A stretch of 63,562 nt of DNA, filler included, from Stramenopiles sp. TOSAG23-2 (lineage: Eukaryota), in the NCBI GenBank assembly GCA_900128395.1. It is 13 parts of 13 records of this genome, joined end to end, with 100 filler letters (N's around TTAATTAATTAA, not from the genome) between each part and the next. Parts side by side here need not be neighbours in the genome. Positions count along the whole stretch, not along the records: positions 11,938 to 17,797 come from LT650573.1; positions 17,898 to 23,757 come from LT650574.1; positions 23,858 to 29,711 come from LT650575.1; 10 more parts are not named here. One strand, written 5' to 3'. Of this stretch, positions 14,901 through 27,400 are shown one piece after another (positions within the stretch are counted from its first letter, which is position 1; each line of letters begins with the position of its first letter). A model generated the notes under the pieces. The model was not told where the DNA came from. It did no database searches and was given only the letters and a program-made list of their open reading frames with translations. The position numbers and the translations under genes are program-made.

Positions 14901-17522
14901 GGTCTATATGCTAATGAAAATGCTGTAATAAAGCTAATATACAGCGAGTTTCTTAATAACGTAGCTGGGCGCCTTGCTATGACTAGGTTTACATCCTCCA
15001 ACACAGCATTAGTGTCGGTGAATGTATTATATAATAACATGTCTCAAAATGATTTTATTGGGCAAAATTTACCATCTTGCTCGATGTCAAGAAATCTTTG
15101 CTCGGAATTTCGATTAATTGGCATCTGTGAAGATGATCATTTTAACGTTGCTAGAGTTGGCATATGGTGTAAGACTCAATGTTATCCTCACTCGTATCAC
15201 ATTGGAAACGACGTAACTGCATTGAAAAATCGTATTTGTCAAAATTGTGTTGCTGAACATTATACTAACGAAACAAATATGTTGAGTTGTATACCTTGGA
15301 CTGTCTGTCCAGCGGGGACTTTTATCTATATCAATGGAACTGCAATATACGACAATACATGCAAAACCTGTTTGCATGGAAAATTTGCAAGAAATCATAG
15401 TCAATTTTATTGCCCTCCGTGGAAGACTTGTTTTCCTGGGCATTATATATCTACGAATGGTACAACGAAATCTGATCGCATTTGCACAAAATGCGCTGCA
15501 GGAATGTTTGCAGCAGATATGGATCAAATCTTGTGTAAATATTGCAAATTAGGAAAATACGCTGATGATACTGGTTTTACCATATGTAAAAATCGTACCG
15601 TATGTCAAATTGGAACATACATTTATAGACCATCAACCATATTTTATGATACAACATGTGAAAATTGTATCCAAGGGAGATATGCTGACAACCAGGACAT
15701 GCCGGTATGTAAGTATTGGTCGGTAATTTGTGGTCCAGGATTTTTTATAGCTATAGAGCCAAACCAAACCGCAGATACAGTCTGTGATTCATGCAAACCT
15801 GGATTTTACACAGATGGGGATAATTTCACAGAGTGCATTCCATATACCATTTGTTACACTGGGTATACGTTCAAAGGTAGTCCAACGGTAGATACAATTT
15901 GTAAAGCTTGCCCTGTATACCAAGTTAGATGGCCGAATGTGCCTACTGGAAAATGTTACTTATGTTCTGTATGGGGAAAATTTGCCTGTAGATGGCTGCA
16001 ATTTGCGGCGTTCCTCTTTCTAGGCATGAGCTTATTTTTAGCTTATAGTAAGGGGAAATATGTTGTTTATAAGTTGCAAATACATCTTGGTTTAAAGGCT
16101 AGGCCTCTGTATGCAGAGAAATTGAACCATACTAAAATTGTCCCGGAAAAATTAAAGCGTTACAAAGGTAGTAGAAATTTACTAAAAAATTTACCTAATA
16201 CATCTGCGGGGGGAATAATTAAAAATGCAGGAAACAATTTAACAAAAGTAGATCCGCAGAATAATCACGGACAAATGAAACGAACGGGTTTGAAAAAAAG
16301 TAAAAGAAGAGGAAAAAGGTCTTCCTCTAGGAATAGAAATCTTCTCCGCGGTATGGGTAATAATAAAATTGTCCCTGAAATAAATTTGGAACAAATGCGA
16401 AAAACGCGTAATGCAAATAATAGAAAAGGTTTAACTGGAAATAAAAACAGACTAGAAAAAAAAATGAATGTTGATCACATTGCCGCAAAAACTAAAATTT
16501 CCCCGATAAAAGAGCGGAAAATCAAACAAGCAAGGGACAAGCGCAAGGCTTTACTACAGTCATTTGCGGCTGTCAGTATCATAAAAAAACAAAAACAGAT
16601 AGAAAATAATACAGGAAAAGCCTCGAAAGTAACCTTGAAAAATGCTGCTGTTGGTTTAGTAATAAATCCTACTACAACACATTTACAAAAAAATCTTCCA
16701 GCATCGAATGATCTTAATGTAGAAAAAACGGCCACGCGTAGCATAAGTAAAAGCAAAGATGTTGCGAAGAAGAAAAAAACTGGCCAAAATGAAGGAAAGA
16801 AAGTAACCTTGAAAAATGCTGCTGTTGGTTTAGTAATAAATCCTACTACAACACATTTACAAAAAAATCTTCCAGCATCGAATGATCTTAATGTAGAAAA
16901 AACGGCCACGCGTAGCATAAGTAAAAGCAAGGATGTTGTGAAGAAGAAAAAAACTGGCCAAAATGAAGGAAATGCCAAAGTAACTACTGTAAAAGATACA
17001 AAAACAACAAACGACACTGCAATTGTTAAATCAAAAGGCGCAATAAAAATAAAAACACCCAAAAGAATGAAACTATTAAAGTTAAGAAATAAAGTAAAGC
17101 AAAAAAAGAAGAAAGATGCAAGCAACAAAAACGTGTTAGAAGAAAATGTTACTCGACTGATTCAACATGAAGCTATACAGCAATTTATGGGTATTGCCAA
17201 AACAAAAAGGGGAAAAATCACAAGTGGACAAAGTGGAGAAGAATTTAAAAAGAGCAAGGTGGGCGGATCTACCAAGAATGTAACATTACATTCCGAGGAT
17301 GTCAAAACTTTACACCAGATATTTAACGACCTGGATAAAAATAACAATGGGACATTAGAAAAAGGAGAATTTAGACGCGCTGCGCTAAGACGTCCTGATT
17401 TAGGAACTTTTGTTCGTCCAAAAGCTTTTTTAAATTCATTCACCGACATGGATACAAGCCATGATGGTAGTATTAGTCTTGATGAATTTGTTTCTTTTTG
17501 TATAAAATCAAAATACAAGTAA
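11938..17522 (+). CDS. Large type-I membrane protein: Pmp-like GGA(I)/FxxN beta-helix repeats, Cys-rich TNFR/GCC-like repeats, TM helix, basic tail, C-terminal EF-hand pair; probably 5'-partial
   Basis: The frame is open from the contig edge. It has many FxxNxA..GGA[IL] repeats, CxxCxxGxY repeats, a hydrophobic segment WLQFAAFLFLGMSLFLAY and EF loops DKNNNGTLEKGE and DTSHDGSISLDE. Confidence 0.85.
16626..16971 (+). repeat. In-frame 174-nt (58 aa) tandem duplication within the cytoplasmic tail
   Basis: KVTLKNAAVGLVINP...KKKKTGQNEG occurs twice. The copies differ by about 2 substitutions. Confidence 0.92.
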
Positions 17523-17897
17523 AATTTAGAAATGTATCCTTTTTAATGAGGATATTGACATACTACCACATGGTAGTGTGATTCTTTTGGAGAGTGTAGG
17601 AAATATTGTCATTGTGAGGTAAATTAAATAAAATAAATTATATATATGGTTGTGTAAATAATATTATATTTATGATCGTAATATATAATGATATAAAAAT
17701 AATTCCCTTAATTTTGATATATATTATACGATGGTTAAAATCTAAGTTATAATAATTTTACACTTCTCGTGTTACGTAATATGCTCAATACTCAATCNNN
17801 NNNNNNNNNNNNNNNNNNNNNNNNNNNNNNNNNNNNNNNNNTTAATTAATTAANNNNNNNNNNNNNNNNNNNNNNNNNNNNNNNNNNNNNNNNNNNN

Positions 17898-19235
17898 AAG
17901 TGCGTAAAATTGAGAATGGCGATGGTTTCATTATACTTGGTGTAAATTTGAAAGTATTATTACCGTTTACATTGTTCTTCGATTTAATATTACTTCTGAA
18001 ACGATTGTTACTATTGTTGTTGTTATTATTAGTAATGCTGTTATTATTATTAGCAAAAGTTAAAGCATACTCTTGAGCAGGTGTTTTAACAACAGAATTA
18101 AATAATGATGATTTCCTTCGTTGATTTAACTTAACACTACTTTTCTGGTGGTTACTATTTGCAACATTATTTTTATTACTATTATTATTATTGTTGTTAT
18201 TATTTTTATTACTATTATTATTATTTTGTTGCATATTTATATTCTGATTTTGTTGAATATTATCATTGTTGTTGTTGTTGTTGCTGCTGCTCTTATTGAT
18301 ATTATCATTTGGTACTAAATGTACAACACCTAATAATACTAATAGATCGGCACTTGTCTCAGCAAATATTGATAAGATCGGACCATAAAGTTCTTCTATC
18401 GACAAATCAGGCCCAGTTAGACGTCCATTTGTTAATGCATATTTATCCTTTTGGTTGGATAACGTATGACTAGATGGACTATTCATTAGGGGATAACTAC
18501 CACGATGTTCCAATGTATTTTTTTTGTTATTATTATGTTTACTTTGACTGCTGCTTGTTGCCCAGTTAGACGTCCATTTGTTAATGCATATTTATCCTTT
18601 TGGTTGGATAACGTATGACTAGATGGACTATTCATTAGGGGATAACTACCACGATGTTCCAATGTATTTTTTTTGTTATTATTATGTTTACTTTGACTGC
18701 TGCTTGTTTTCACAATTTTATTTTTCATATGCGATGGCCATTCTCCATGAATACTACTACTTTGGTTATTATTTTCTTTTCTAGCACGTTTCCGACTGCT
18801 ACCGCTAATATCATCACTAACATTACTAGTAACTTTTGAATTTGAAGAGGATGATTGCAACATCTCCTTCAAACGCTGATTTTCTTCTTGCATAAGGCGA
18901 CAGGAACGTTCTAGGGTTTTTCGCGCTTGCTCAGATCTATTTAGTTGTTGTTCTTTGAAATTTAAATTTGTTTGTGCAGCATTAATTTCCCTCTCTTTTT
19001 CTTTCTCTGCTACTTGTATACGATATGTAGTCTCGGTCTCCAATAAATTAATACTAAAGGCCAAATCTTCCGCTTCCCGTTGTTTATTTTCTAATAACAT
19101 TTTTAAATGTTCTATATTATTAGTCGTGTTATTATCATTTGCATTGGTAGAAGAAGAATGGTTATTATTATTATTTACATCTGACGATGCAACACTATTT
19201 GGTACCACATCATTGCTACTATTAATCACTTCCAT
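17898..19235 (-). CDS. Hypothetical coiled-coil / Asn-rich protein, 3'-truncated and split by a 149-nt duplication
   Basis: ORFs 18486..19235 and 17842..18513 become one frame when one copy of the 18411-18559 / 18560-18708 repeat is removed. Confidence 0.7.
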
Positions 19236-19963
19236 GATATATATATATATATGATAAATTATTCAGGATTTGGATGATCGATTATTTACTAAGTCTTGCA
19301 ATCAGAAGTAGTATGCAAGGCATGTAAATATACCACAAACCTATATGTTATCACACATATAATACGTATACATGTACATTTGGGTTTGTATTTTTATGAA
19401 TCTAATTAATTATTTCAATTATAGCACCTTCTATAATAAGTGGTATTATTAATAGTATAATAATAGTACATCTTCGTATGTGAGCTATAATAATTAATTT
19501 TTAGAATATTTCATACTTGAAACGGGAATTAGAATACCAAAAAAACGACGTGATGTGCCTATTATAATTTTAATGGTTTGAAAATTGAAAAAAAGCAAAA
19601 AAAAAATGATGATGATGATGCGAGGCGAAAGAAAAAATAATAATAAGGAGGTGCTAAGTGCTAAGTGCTAAGTGCCTATTACTATAAGCTGGTCGGGTAA
19701 GAGCACAAAGAAGTGCCAAAACCCATATATAATACATAATTCCACAATAAAATACATACGCACACATACTTACCGGGCTTGGTACTGTAGAAAATATAAA
19801 TATACTATAAATGAAGAACAATAAATAATATTTTCAAAGGCAACGTGCAAAAGCAAGCCCTAAGACAAGGTACACAAGCATATCGCATAAAAAAACAAAT
19901 TCCATTCATATATTTACTGACTTATCTCATGTGCAATAGTTAGGAAAGAATAATACATATATA

Positions 19964-20350
19964 ATGGCAGATAATAATAATGTAAGAAAACGTGTCGCTG
20001 CTAATGGAAAAGTTAATAGTTTTGAATATGAAGTTTTTGGAAAGGTTCAAAAGGTTGGTTTTCGAGTAATGATGAATAAGAAAATGAAAGAATTTAAAAA
20101 TAATGACGTATCAGGTAGTGCGATAAACACAAAGGAAGGGACGGTGAAAGGTATCATGTTTGGTAACGAAGAAAATTTAGAAGAAATGAAAAATTGGTTA
20201 AAAAATGTTGGATCCCCTAGATCTAGAATTGATAAGTGTGAAATAAAAAATATACAAAAACAAGTTGAACGTGGTATTGTTGGGTTTAAACATAATCGAA
20301 AGATCCCATTGTGTTGTTCGCCAGATAATTGTACATGCAGTATTTTGTGA
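19964..20350 (+). CDS. ACYP: Acylphosphatase with a Cys-rich C-terminal extension
   Basis: FEYEVFGKVQKVGFR (phosphate loop plus catalytic Arg), AINTKEGTVKG (catalytic Asn) and GSPRSRIDK match the acylphosphatase pattern. Confidence 0.88.
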   Translation: MADNNNVRKRVAANGKVNSFEYEVFGKVQKVGFRVMMNKKMKEFKNNDVSGSAINTKEGTVKGIMFGNEENLEEMKNWLKNVGSPRSRIDKCEIKNIQKQVERGIVGFKHNRKIPLCCSPDNCTCSIL

Positions 20351-20791
20351 TAAAAATACTTTATATATATATTTTTGACCACGTAGAGCATATAGCATAT
20401 ATATTAGCTTAATTTATTATTAGTCCGCAAGTTAAAATTTTGAAAGTTGAAAGCAAAAGCAAAAAAGGAAGTTAGTATATCTGGGGCGCGATATAAAAAA
20501 TACTCGTACGAAGTAGTTTTTATACAAATTTTTTATTTTTAATATATCATATATTATTAATGCATATTTAAATTTAAAAAAAGTTTTTGCGCATCCTATA
20601 CACTTTAAACTTGAAGCAGACTTTTTCGCTCATATAATATGTGTTTTTAAGGCCAAACATAAAGATCACCTTTTTTTTTCAGCCTCCTTCCATGTATCAT
20701 ATCTCTTAACAAGTATTAGTGTTGTGTTTTTTCTATTTATAAGTCGTTCTATTATAAAAACAAATTTTTTTCCTTTCATTACTAATTTTGG

Positions 20792-22381
20792 TTACAACAT
20801 TTTTAACAATTGATATGGTTGCATTTGATCATTTTTTGCTATTCTCATCAATGAACGTCCAAATTTCATGATGTGTTTTAATGATTCTTTTGCTTGCATC
20901 AAATCAGCATCATCAGCAATTTTTACACGTATCAAAGATCTTAAATCAGTTGCATCACGTACTAATTTTCTTCTTAATGTATAAGTTAATAAACCATCAA
21001 GTTCGCTAGAACCAAACTCATTATTGTTATTTGCAGCTTGATCAGCAACGGAAGTTTTATTATTAAATGGTAATAAATATCGCGATAAAGTACCTTGTAA
21101 CATATTCAATTCTGATGCTGCTTTTTCCAAATCATTTAAAAAATTAAACCCACGAGATGCACGTTCTAATGTGACATGCAAATCATTTTCATTTCTAATA
21201 GGTTTACGTAATAGAAACATGATTTCTCCCCATAGTCGACTTAATCTTTCACGTGTATCTTTTTTTTTCGGCAGAAAAGTTCCTGCAGTTTTTTTTGTAG
21301 TTGCGCCATCATTACTGCTACTACTACCACTACTACTACTTTTTACTACATTGATATTATCAATCATTGTACCTGATGATCCTAATAAATTAGCAATTTC
21401 CGTTTTTTCATTAAATGTGCAACTTAATTTTCCACGTCCACCACGTCTTACACCTAAACGATCCGTAAATGCGGCAACTTGTTTTGGTGGTGCTTTTGGT
21501 TTGTTTTTAATTCTTGCACATACTTCAATATGCCGTTTAGATGCTTCCTTTGCAAATTTACGACTGCAATGTGGACATTGCACGCGTACCAATTGTTCTG
21601 ATGGCATATAAACAGCAGCTTGTTCCTCTTCCCATGTTGGTGCTCTTTCACGAGTCATGCTTGCATTTATAATATCAAAATTTTCATCAACATTTTGTTT
21701 CTGCAGACTATTATCATTATTACAATTGTAATTATTATTATTATCATTTATTCCTTCTAGCAAATTTCCATTGGCAACAACACTGGCACTATTGTTGTTG
21801 TTATGACTGGGTATTCTTTTTGGCGGTGGTGGTGGTGGTGAGGATGGTATTGTTTGCTTTTGATTTGTTATTGTTGTTGGATAACTAATGGTTGATAATG
21901 CACTCCGATTTTGTATTGTATTATTAACTTGTGGTGTTTGTCGTTTTGTAACAATAGATTTATTATCATCATTATTATTAATAATCATATTGTTTTTGTT
22001 ATTCATATCCGTTCTATTATTACCTTTGTTATTTGAGAAAACCTTGCCGTTCTCTTTGTTATTGTTATTATTATTATTCACGACAACATAATTATTTCTT
22101 TTTTGTTTATGATATTGTTGTCTTCGTACTATTTCTTTTTTTTGTGTGAAAATAGCGTTTGACGACATCACAGACATTGGGGAACCGTTTAATGTAATGG
22201 AACTTGAACGTCGTTTTAATAGCTTTGGATGTCTCCTTTTTAACAATTTTAATGCCTGTGCTGCAGATGATGGTCTTTGTTGTTTTGCGTGTTTCAAACG
22301 CATTGTTGAGGAAGAGGCTGAAGATGCCATGGTTTTGGAAGTGGAAGGTCGTTTTAACATGATGTTGGTTTGATTCAACAA
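20792..22381 (-). CDS. C2HC-type zinc-finger protein (ZC2HC1-like finger) with a low-complexity N-terminus
   Basis: CPHCSRKFAKEASKRHIEVC fits the zf-C2HC pattern. It is a 529-aa ORF with an uncertain start (TTG; first ATG 7 codons later). Confidence 0.75.
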   Translation of the reverse strand: MLNQTNIMLKRPSTSKTMASSASSSTMRLKHAKQQRPSSAAQALKLLKRRHPKLLKRRSSSITLNGSPMSVMSSNAIFTQKKEIVRRQQYHKQKRNNYVVVNNNNNNNKENGKVFSNNKGNNRTDMNNKNNMIINNNDDNKSIVTKRQTPQVNNTIQNRSALSTISYPTTITNQKQTIPSSPPPPPPKRIPSHNNNNSASVVANGNLLEGINDNNNNYNCNNDNSLQKQNVDENFDIINASMTRERAPTWEEEQAAVYMPSEQLVRVQCPHCSRKFAKEASKRHIEVCARIKNKPKAPPKQVAAFTDRLGVRRGGRGKLSCTFNEKTEIANLLGSSGTMIDNINVVKSSSSGSSSSNDGATTKKTAGTFLPKKKDTRERLSRLWGEIMFLLRKPIRNENDLHVTLERASRGFNFLNDLEKAASELNMLQGTLSRYLLPFNNKTSVADQAANNNNEFGSSELDGLLTYTLRRKLVRDATDLRSLIRVKIADDADLMQAKESLKHIMKFGRSLMRIAKNDQMQPYQLLKML

Positions 22382-23148
22382 AAAAATTAAAAAACAAAAA
22401 TTAAAAAATTTACAACAAAAACCTTCGATGCGTAGATAAAAAACGGTATTATATTCTAAATAAAATAAATAATAAGAGTCTTTATCAATCTCCTAATAGC
22501 CTGTACGTTATTCACTTGAATCGATCGACTTTCCACTCATGTGTTGATGCAAACACACACAATGTTTCGCACACATCTTTTTCATCTTTTTTTCAATTTT
22601 CAGACGACGACGAAGAAATATAACGACTTTTAATGCTATTACCTGCTAGCTTATACTCTCTACTATTACCGCGTGGTGTTATTAATACATACTGTACTGG
22701 CATACATACAGTGCTACCCAGGACCTAATCTAGATCTACCACACTGGTGGTTTAAGGTACAGTATTTCATGTAATATTATCCGCTATTATTACCAGGCCT
22801 TAGCAGGCCATTAGGAGGCGGCAGGTATTAAATTAAAAAACGGTGCAAACCAGCAAACTGGCAAACCGGCAAACAACTGCCATTTTTGTGTTGAGATAAT
22901 TTTTTGAAAGAGAAGATGATTTTTAATAATTTCAAAAACACGTTAAAAAACATAAAAAATTATTAGGATAAAGTATTATTTCAAAAAATTATAGTATGTA
23001 GTGCTAGTAGAAAATATTTCTTACCAATTGAGTTGCAAAAAAAAATAAATAACCATTTGTTTTGTTCAAAAATTAGTAGAAAAGTTATAATTTGTAAACA
23101 TTCAAGTAATAAGAGAGAAAAAAATAAAAGAGAGAAAGAAACATATCT

Positions 23149-23757
23149 ATGGAAAATACAATATCAACCACATCATCGCCTATTAGCCGTCAACGAAGAC
23201 GTGCAGCGAAATTAGCAAGGATACGTAAGCAACGTGCAGAGTTGTTAAAATTAGAGAAAGAATTAGGTGCTTTAAAAGAAAATAGTAAACGGATTGTGCC
23301 TACGAAGCAGAAAGCATCACCATTAGCCGCATCTACTTCGAGAAGAATCATTGCTTTGTCACCAAAGCGTATCAGTAGCAGCAGCAGTAATAATAGCAGT
23401 AGAAATGGCAGTCCTATTGTTATCGGTGGTAATACTGAACATGGTGGAAAGCCTAGAAATAGTCCATTGCAACCTTCACCAAAACGTTTTAACAACAACA
23501 GCAACAATTTTAATAATATGATCAAAAAGAAATCTTCTAGCCCACGCCACAGCCCACGCCCTAGTCCAAAGCACAATAGGGAAAATACGCCATCCCCGTC
23601 ACCTGCAAAGAAGCTAAATAATAGTAGAGGTAGCACAACACCTATTCGCAGCATAGGTTTAACAAAATCCACAACGCCAAAAAATAACGCAAAAAAGAAT
23701 AGTAGTAGTAATAATAAAAATAATAATGGAAAGAAAAAGACATCATCATCTTCTGTC
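23149..23757 (+). CDS. Hypothetical Ser/Pro/Lys-rich protein, 3'-truncated
   Basis: ATG-initiated ORF open to the contig end, with a short coiled coil followed by SP/TP-rich disorder. It is divergent from the zinc-finger gene. Confidence 0.6.
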
Positions 23758-24468
23758 NNNNNNNNNNNNNNNNNNNNNNNNNNNNNNNNNNNNNNNNNNN
23801 NTTAATTAATTAANNNNNNNNNNNNNNNNNNNNNNNNNNNNNNNNNNNNNNNNNNNNAGTACGATATTTTACTAACTACATTTATAGATGATTGCTTTTC
23901 ATAGTTTAATAACAATGCTTAAAAAATAAAAATAATAATATGGTACTATTTCGTGAGAAAGACTTTTTTTTTCCACATAGACAAAGCGCCACAGACCTGG
24001 GCAATTATAATATTACAGTAGTCACATCAGCGTCACAGCACATACAGCACAAGTACAACAACACAACAACAACAACAACAACAACAGCTTTTTTTATTAC
24101 TACTACATGTACTATATTATCTATTACTATGCCATATGCAATATGCAGTAGTATTAGTATGCACCCATTATTTTATTAATTATACTACTGCTGTAATATT
24201 ATATATATGCAATATGCAATAGTAATAAAAAAAGTATAAAAAAGTTATAATTTACACAAAGACATTGAATGAACTAATGTATACATATATCTAAACATAT
24301 TATATACATATTTATAAACTTGTATTTCCTTTCATTTTAGATTAATTAACAATAGTAATATTGAAGACTTCCTTCTATTTGCCTTTATATTATCAATCAC
24401 ACATTGAATACAACATCATTGAGCTAACTTTTTAAATATATAGTTTTAGAAAAATATTATAATTAAGT

Positions 24469-27400
24469 ATGCAAATATTATTATTAATAAAACGACTATT
24501 AACTTTGATATTATTATTAACGTTAATATCTAAGTACGACGCTGCAAATTGGAATTGTCCAAGTTCACCAGAAACTACAGGTACTTTTGATGTAAATGCT
24601 GATTGTCAACTGACATCGCAAGTGGTAATGACGGGATCCTTATCTTTAATAGGTACAACCACAACCACGTTGAAAACAATAACAGCCGCCTCCGGATGGA
24701 GACACTTTTATTATTTTTGGACAGAACAAAACGATATCGCAAAATCTGATGGTTTGACACTAAAAAATCTTATATTACATGGTGGAAACACTGTAGAAAG
24801 TCTGCAAGTTAATGCAGAAGGCGGAATGTATGTTGTACTATCAATGCTCAATATAAATCTTGGAGGATCCATATTCATGGTTACTGTAAATGGCGAATTA
24901 AAAATTACAAACTGTGTATTTAGTAACAATAAAGCAGGAACTGGGGGCGCTATATTTTATCACACTGTAATGGACACATGCCCATGCAATGACGCTGACA
25001 ACGATGGATTTGATGATGTCCAAACGAGTAATGAGTGTCTCACAGGCCCATGTACTCCAGGTTACAGAGATGGTTCAGTAAAAATTGTAGATTCACATTT
25101 TAAAGGGAATTCGGCGCTCCTTGGATTTGATAAGAATAAGGATGGGACACCAGAGTTATATTTTCACTTCGAGCAAATAGATATGTGGCAAACAATTGAG
25201 TTTGGAACAGGTGGAGCCCTTTTTATTGGCTCAAACTTTGAAACTGGACAGTCCAACAGCAATTCTATTAGTATTACAAATACTTTATTTGAATCAAACG
25301 TTGCTCATGTATCAGGTGGCGCAGCTTATATCGAACAATTAAGCACGTCAAATACGAAGTATACAATCTTCAAAAATGTCATCTTTCATCTTAACGAGCA
25401 AAATCCGCTGACGATGCAAGATTGGGCAACTGGCTTCAATTACGGAGGAGGTGCAGTAAATTTTTTAGCTCCGGATATGCCTGAGGATGGAAGCTTACAA
25501 TTCATTTCGTGTAAATTTGTTGATAATAATGCTGCTTCTAATAGAGGTCATAACATTTTATGGAGTGCTTTTTGGAGTGATCCTCTTAATAGTTGGCAAC
25601 CACCAATGACGACTTCCCATGTAGTAATGACAAATTCCGTTTCAGCAGATTCAAATCCAGACTCCATTTTTTTATCCAATCTTTTGTACACTGTAGGCTG
25701 TGGCCAGAACAAGCTTGGAAGCGAACAACATTCGCCATTTAATTTGGCCTTAGTGAGTATACAGGGCACCGCAATGTCTTTTAATTCATTTCCGACTGGC
25801 ACTGAATCTACTTGCGAGGAATACCCAGCAGTTTTGGCAGGTGCTTTAAATCTTGATAGTGTAAATACCGCCGGTGTTTTTTCAACTTCGTATGCGTCAT
25901 ACACATCTAAATCTACATGTGAAACTGGTGGTGGTACCTGGGCTAGTATTCCTATATGTATGAGTGCATCTTCTGGTGGAACGGCTGTAACAGGCACTCG
26001 TAACACGAGTCAAAGCGAATGTATTGCAGAATACGATTGGAGTGGTAGTGCATGTAGCGATAGTACTTATACTACGCAAGCTGATTGTGAAGCAGCTAGT
26101 GCATGTGACGATAGTAGTTATACTACGCAAGCTGATTGTGAAGCAGCTAGTGAATGTCAAGGAGATCCAAGTATCACAGATCAAACGACTTGTGAAGCAA
26201 GTGGAATCTGTGAAAATAATGATTCCATAAATAATGAAGCAGATTGCGGAAATGCAAATAATTGTGGTGGTGGTAGCGATCCATGTGTTTGGGTACCACA
26301 TACTTGGCAAAATTCGGGTTATTCTTGGAATAGTTTGGGTCATTCTTGGACAACAGTTGATGAATGTTATTATGGAGTTTGTGATACAAATCCTTCTCAA
26401 AGTACCCAATTTGCTTGTGAGGCAGCCGGTTATACTTGGTATACTTCGGCAGACAGTAGTCCTAGTTGTATTTATGGCACGCAAGCTATTTGTGAGTCAA
26501 GCAGTGGCACTTGGCAAACAGGACAGGGTTATGGTACGCTAAAATCTGAATTCACGACACAATCAGACTGCGAGACAGCTAGATTTTGGATCACAGACTC
26601 CGCTACTAGCGGGTATTGTTCTGGATATACGTACCGTTTCGCACTAGGTGATCAAGTATCTGTTGCAAGTTGCAGTGGTAGCAATAACAACAATGGGGAA
26701 TTTGCAATTAGCTCTCATGACTGGAATTCCATTACATTAGGGGATAAAAAAACCAATGCAGCAATTTCAACAGTGACAGATGTTACTGATTGTACAATAG
26801 CCAGAGGAGAATTACTTTTAAGTTCATGCCATTTTAGCAATCATTTATGCTGTGAAAAACGGCCACAAATTACTACGTTGAATGGCCAAACTACCTTCAG
26901 CGGATCAACGTTAGGTGGCACACAAATAGCAATTGGTGGAATAAACTTTGATTCAGCAACCGATATTATAGCCAGTGACACTTTAACTATTAACACGATA
27001 TCTACTGCCGGTGTTTACACATTAAGTGCACTTTCAACATTAGCCATTGATGACGTAGTCACCATTGCAAGCTGTACTCATGAAAAAAGTTTCAAAAACA
27101 ATGGCGCATTTAGAATATCAACTAAAAATACCAATACGAATGCTATTACGTTAGTATTGATGGATACCTACGCTGCGATAGTAACACATACAGATAAAAC
27201 CGGTTGTACTATTGAAAGATCTAATTTTGTCATAACAACGAATGGAAATGTTTGGAATAATATTAATAGGGTAAACGAAACACATATTACAGCCGATTCA
27301 CCAGTTGGCGTTGGAGGTAATCTACCAGTCAAAATAGCAATCAATGGTGTAATTTCAAAATACGATGTTGCCTTTTATTCATATACATTACCAAATATTA

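Noticed and set aside
19766-19780. ATACTTACCGG resembling the U1 snRNA 5' end
   Set aside because: The downstream sequence is AT-rich with no U1 stem-loops or recognisable Sm-site context.
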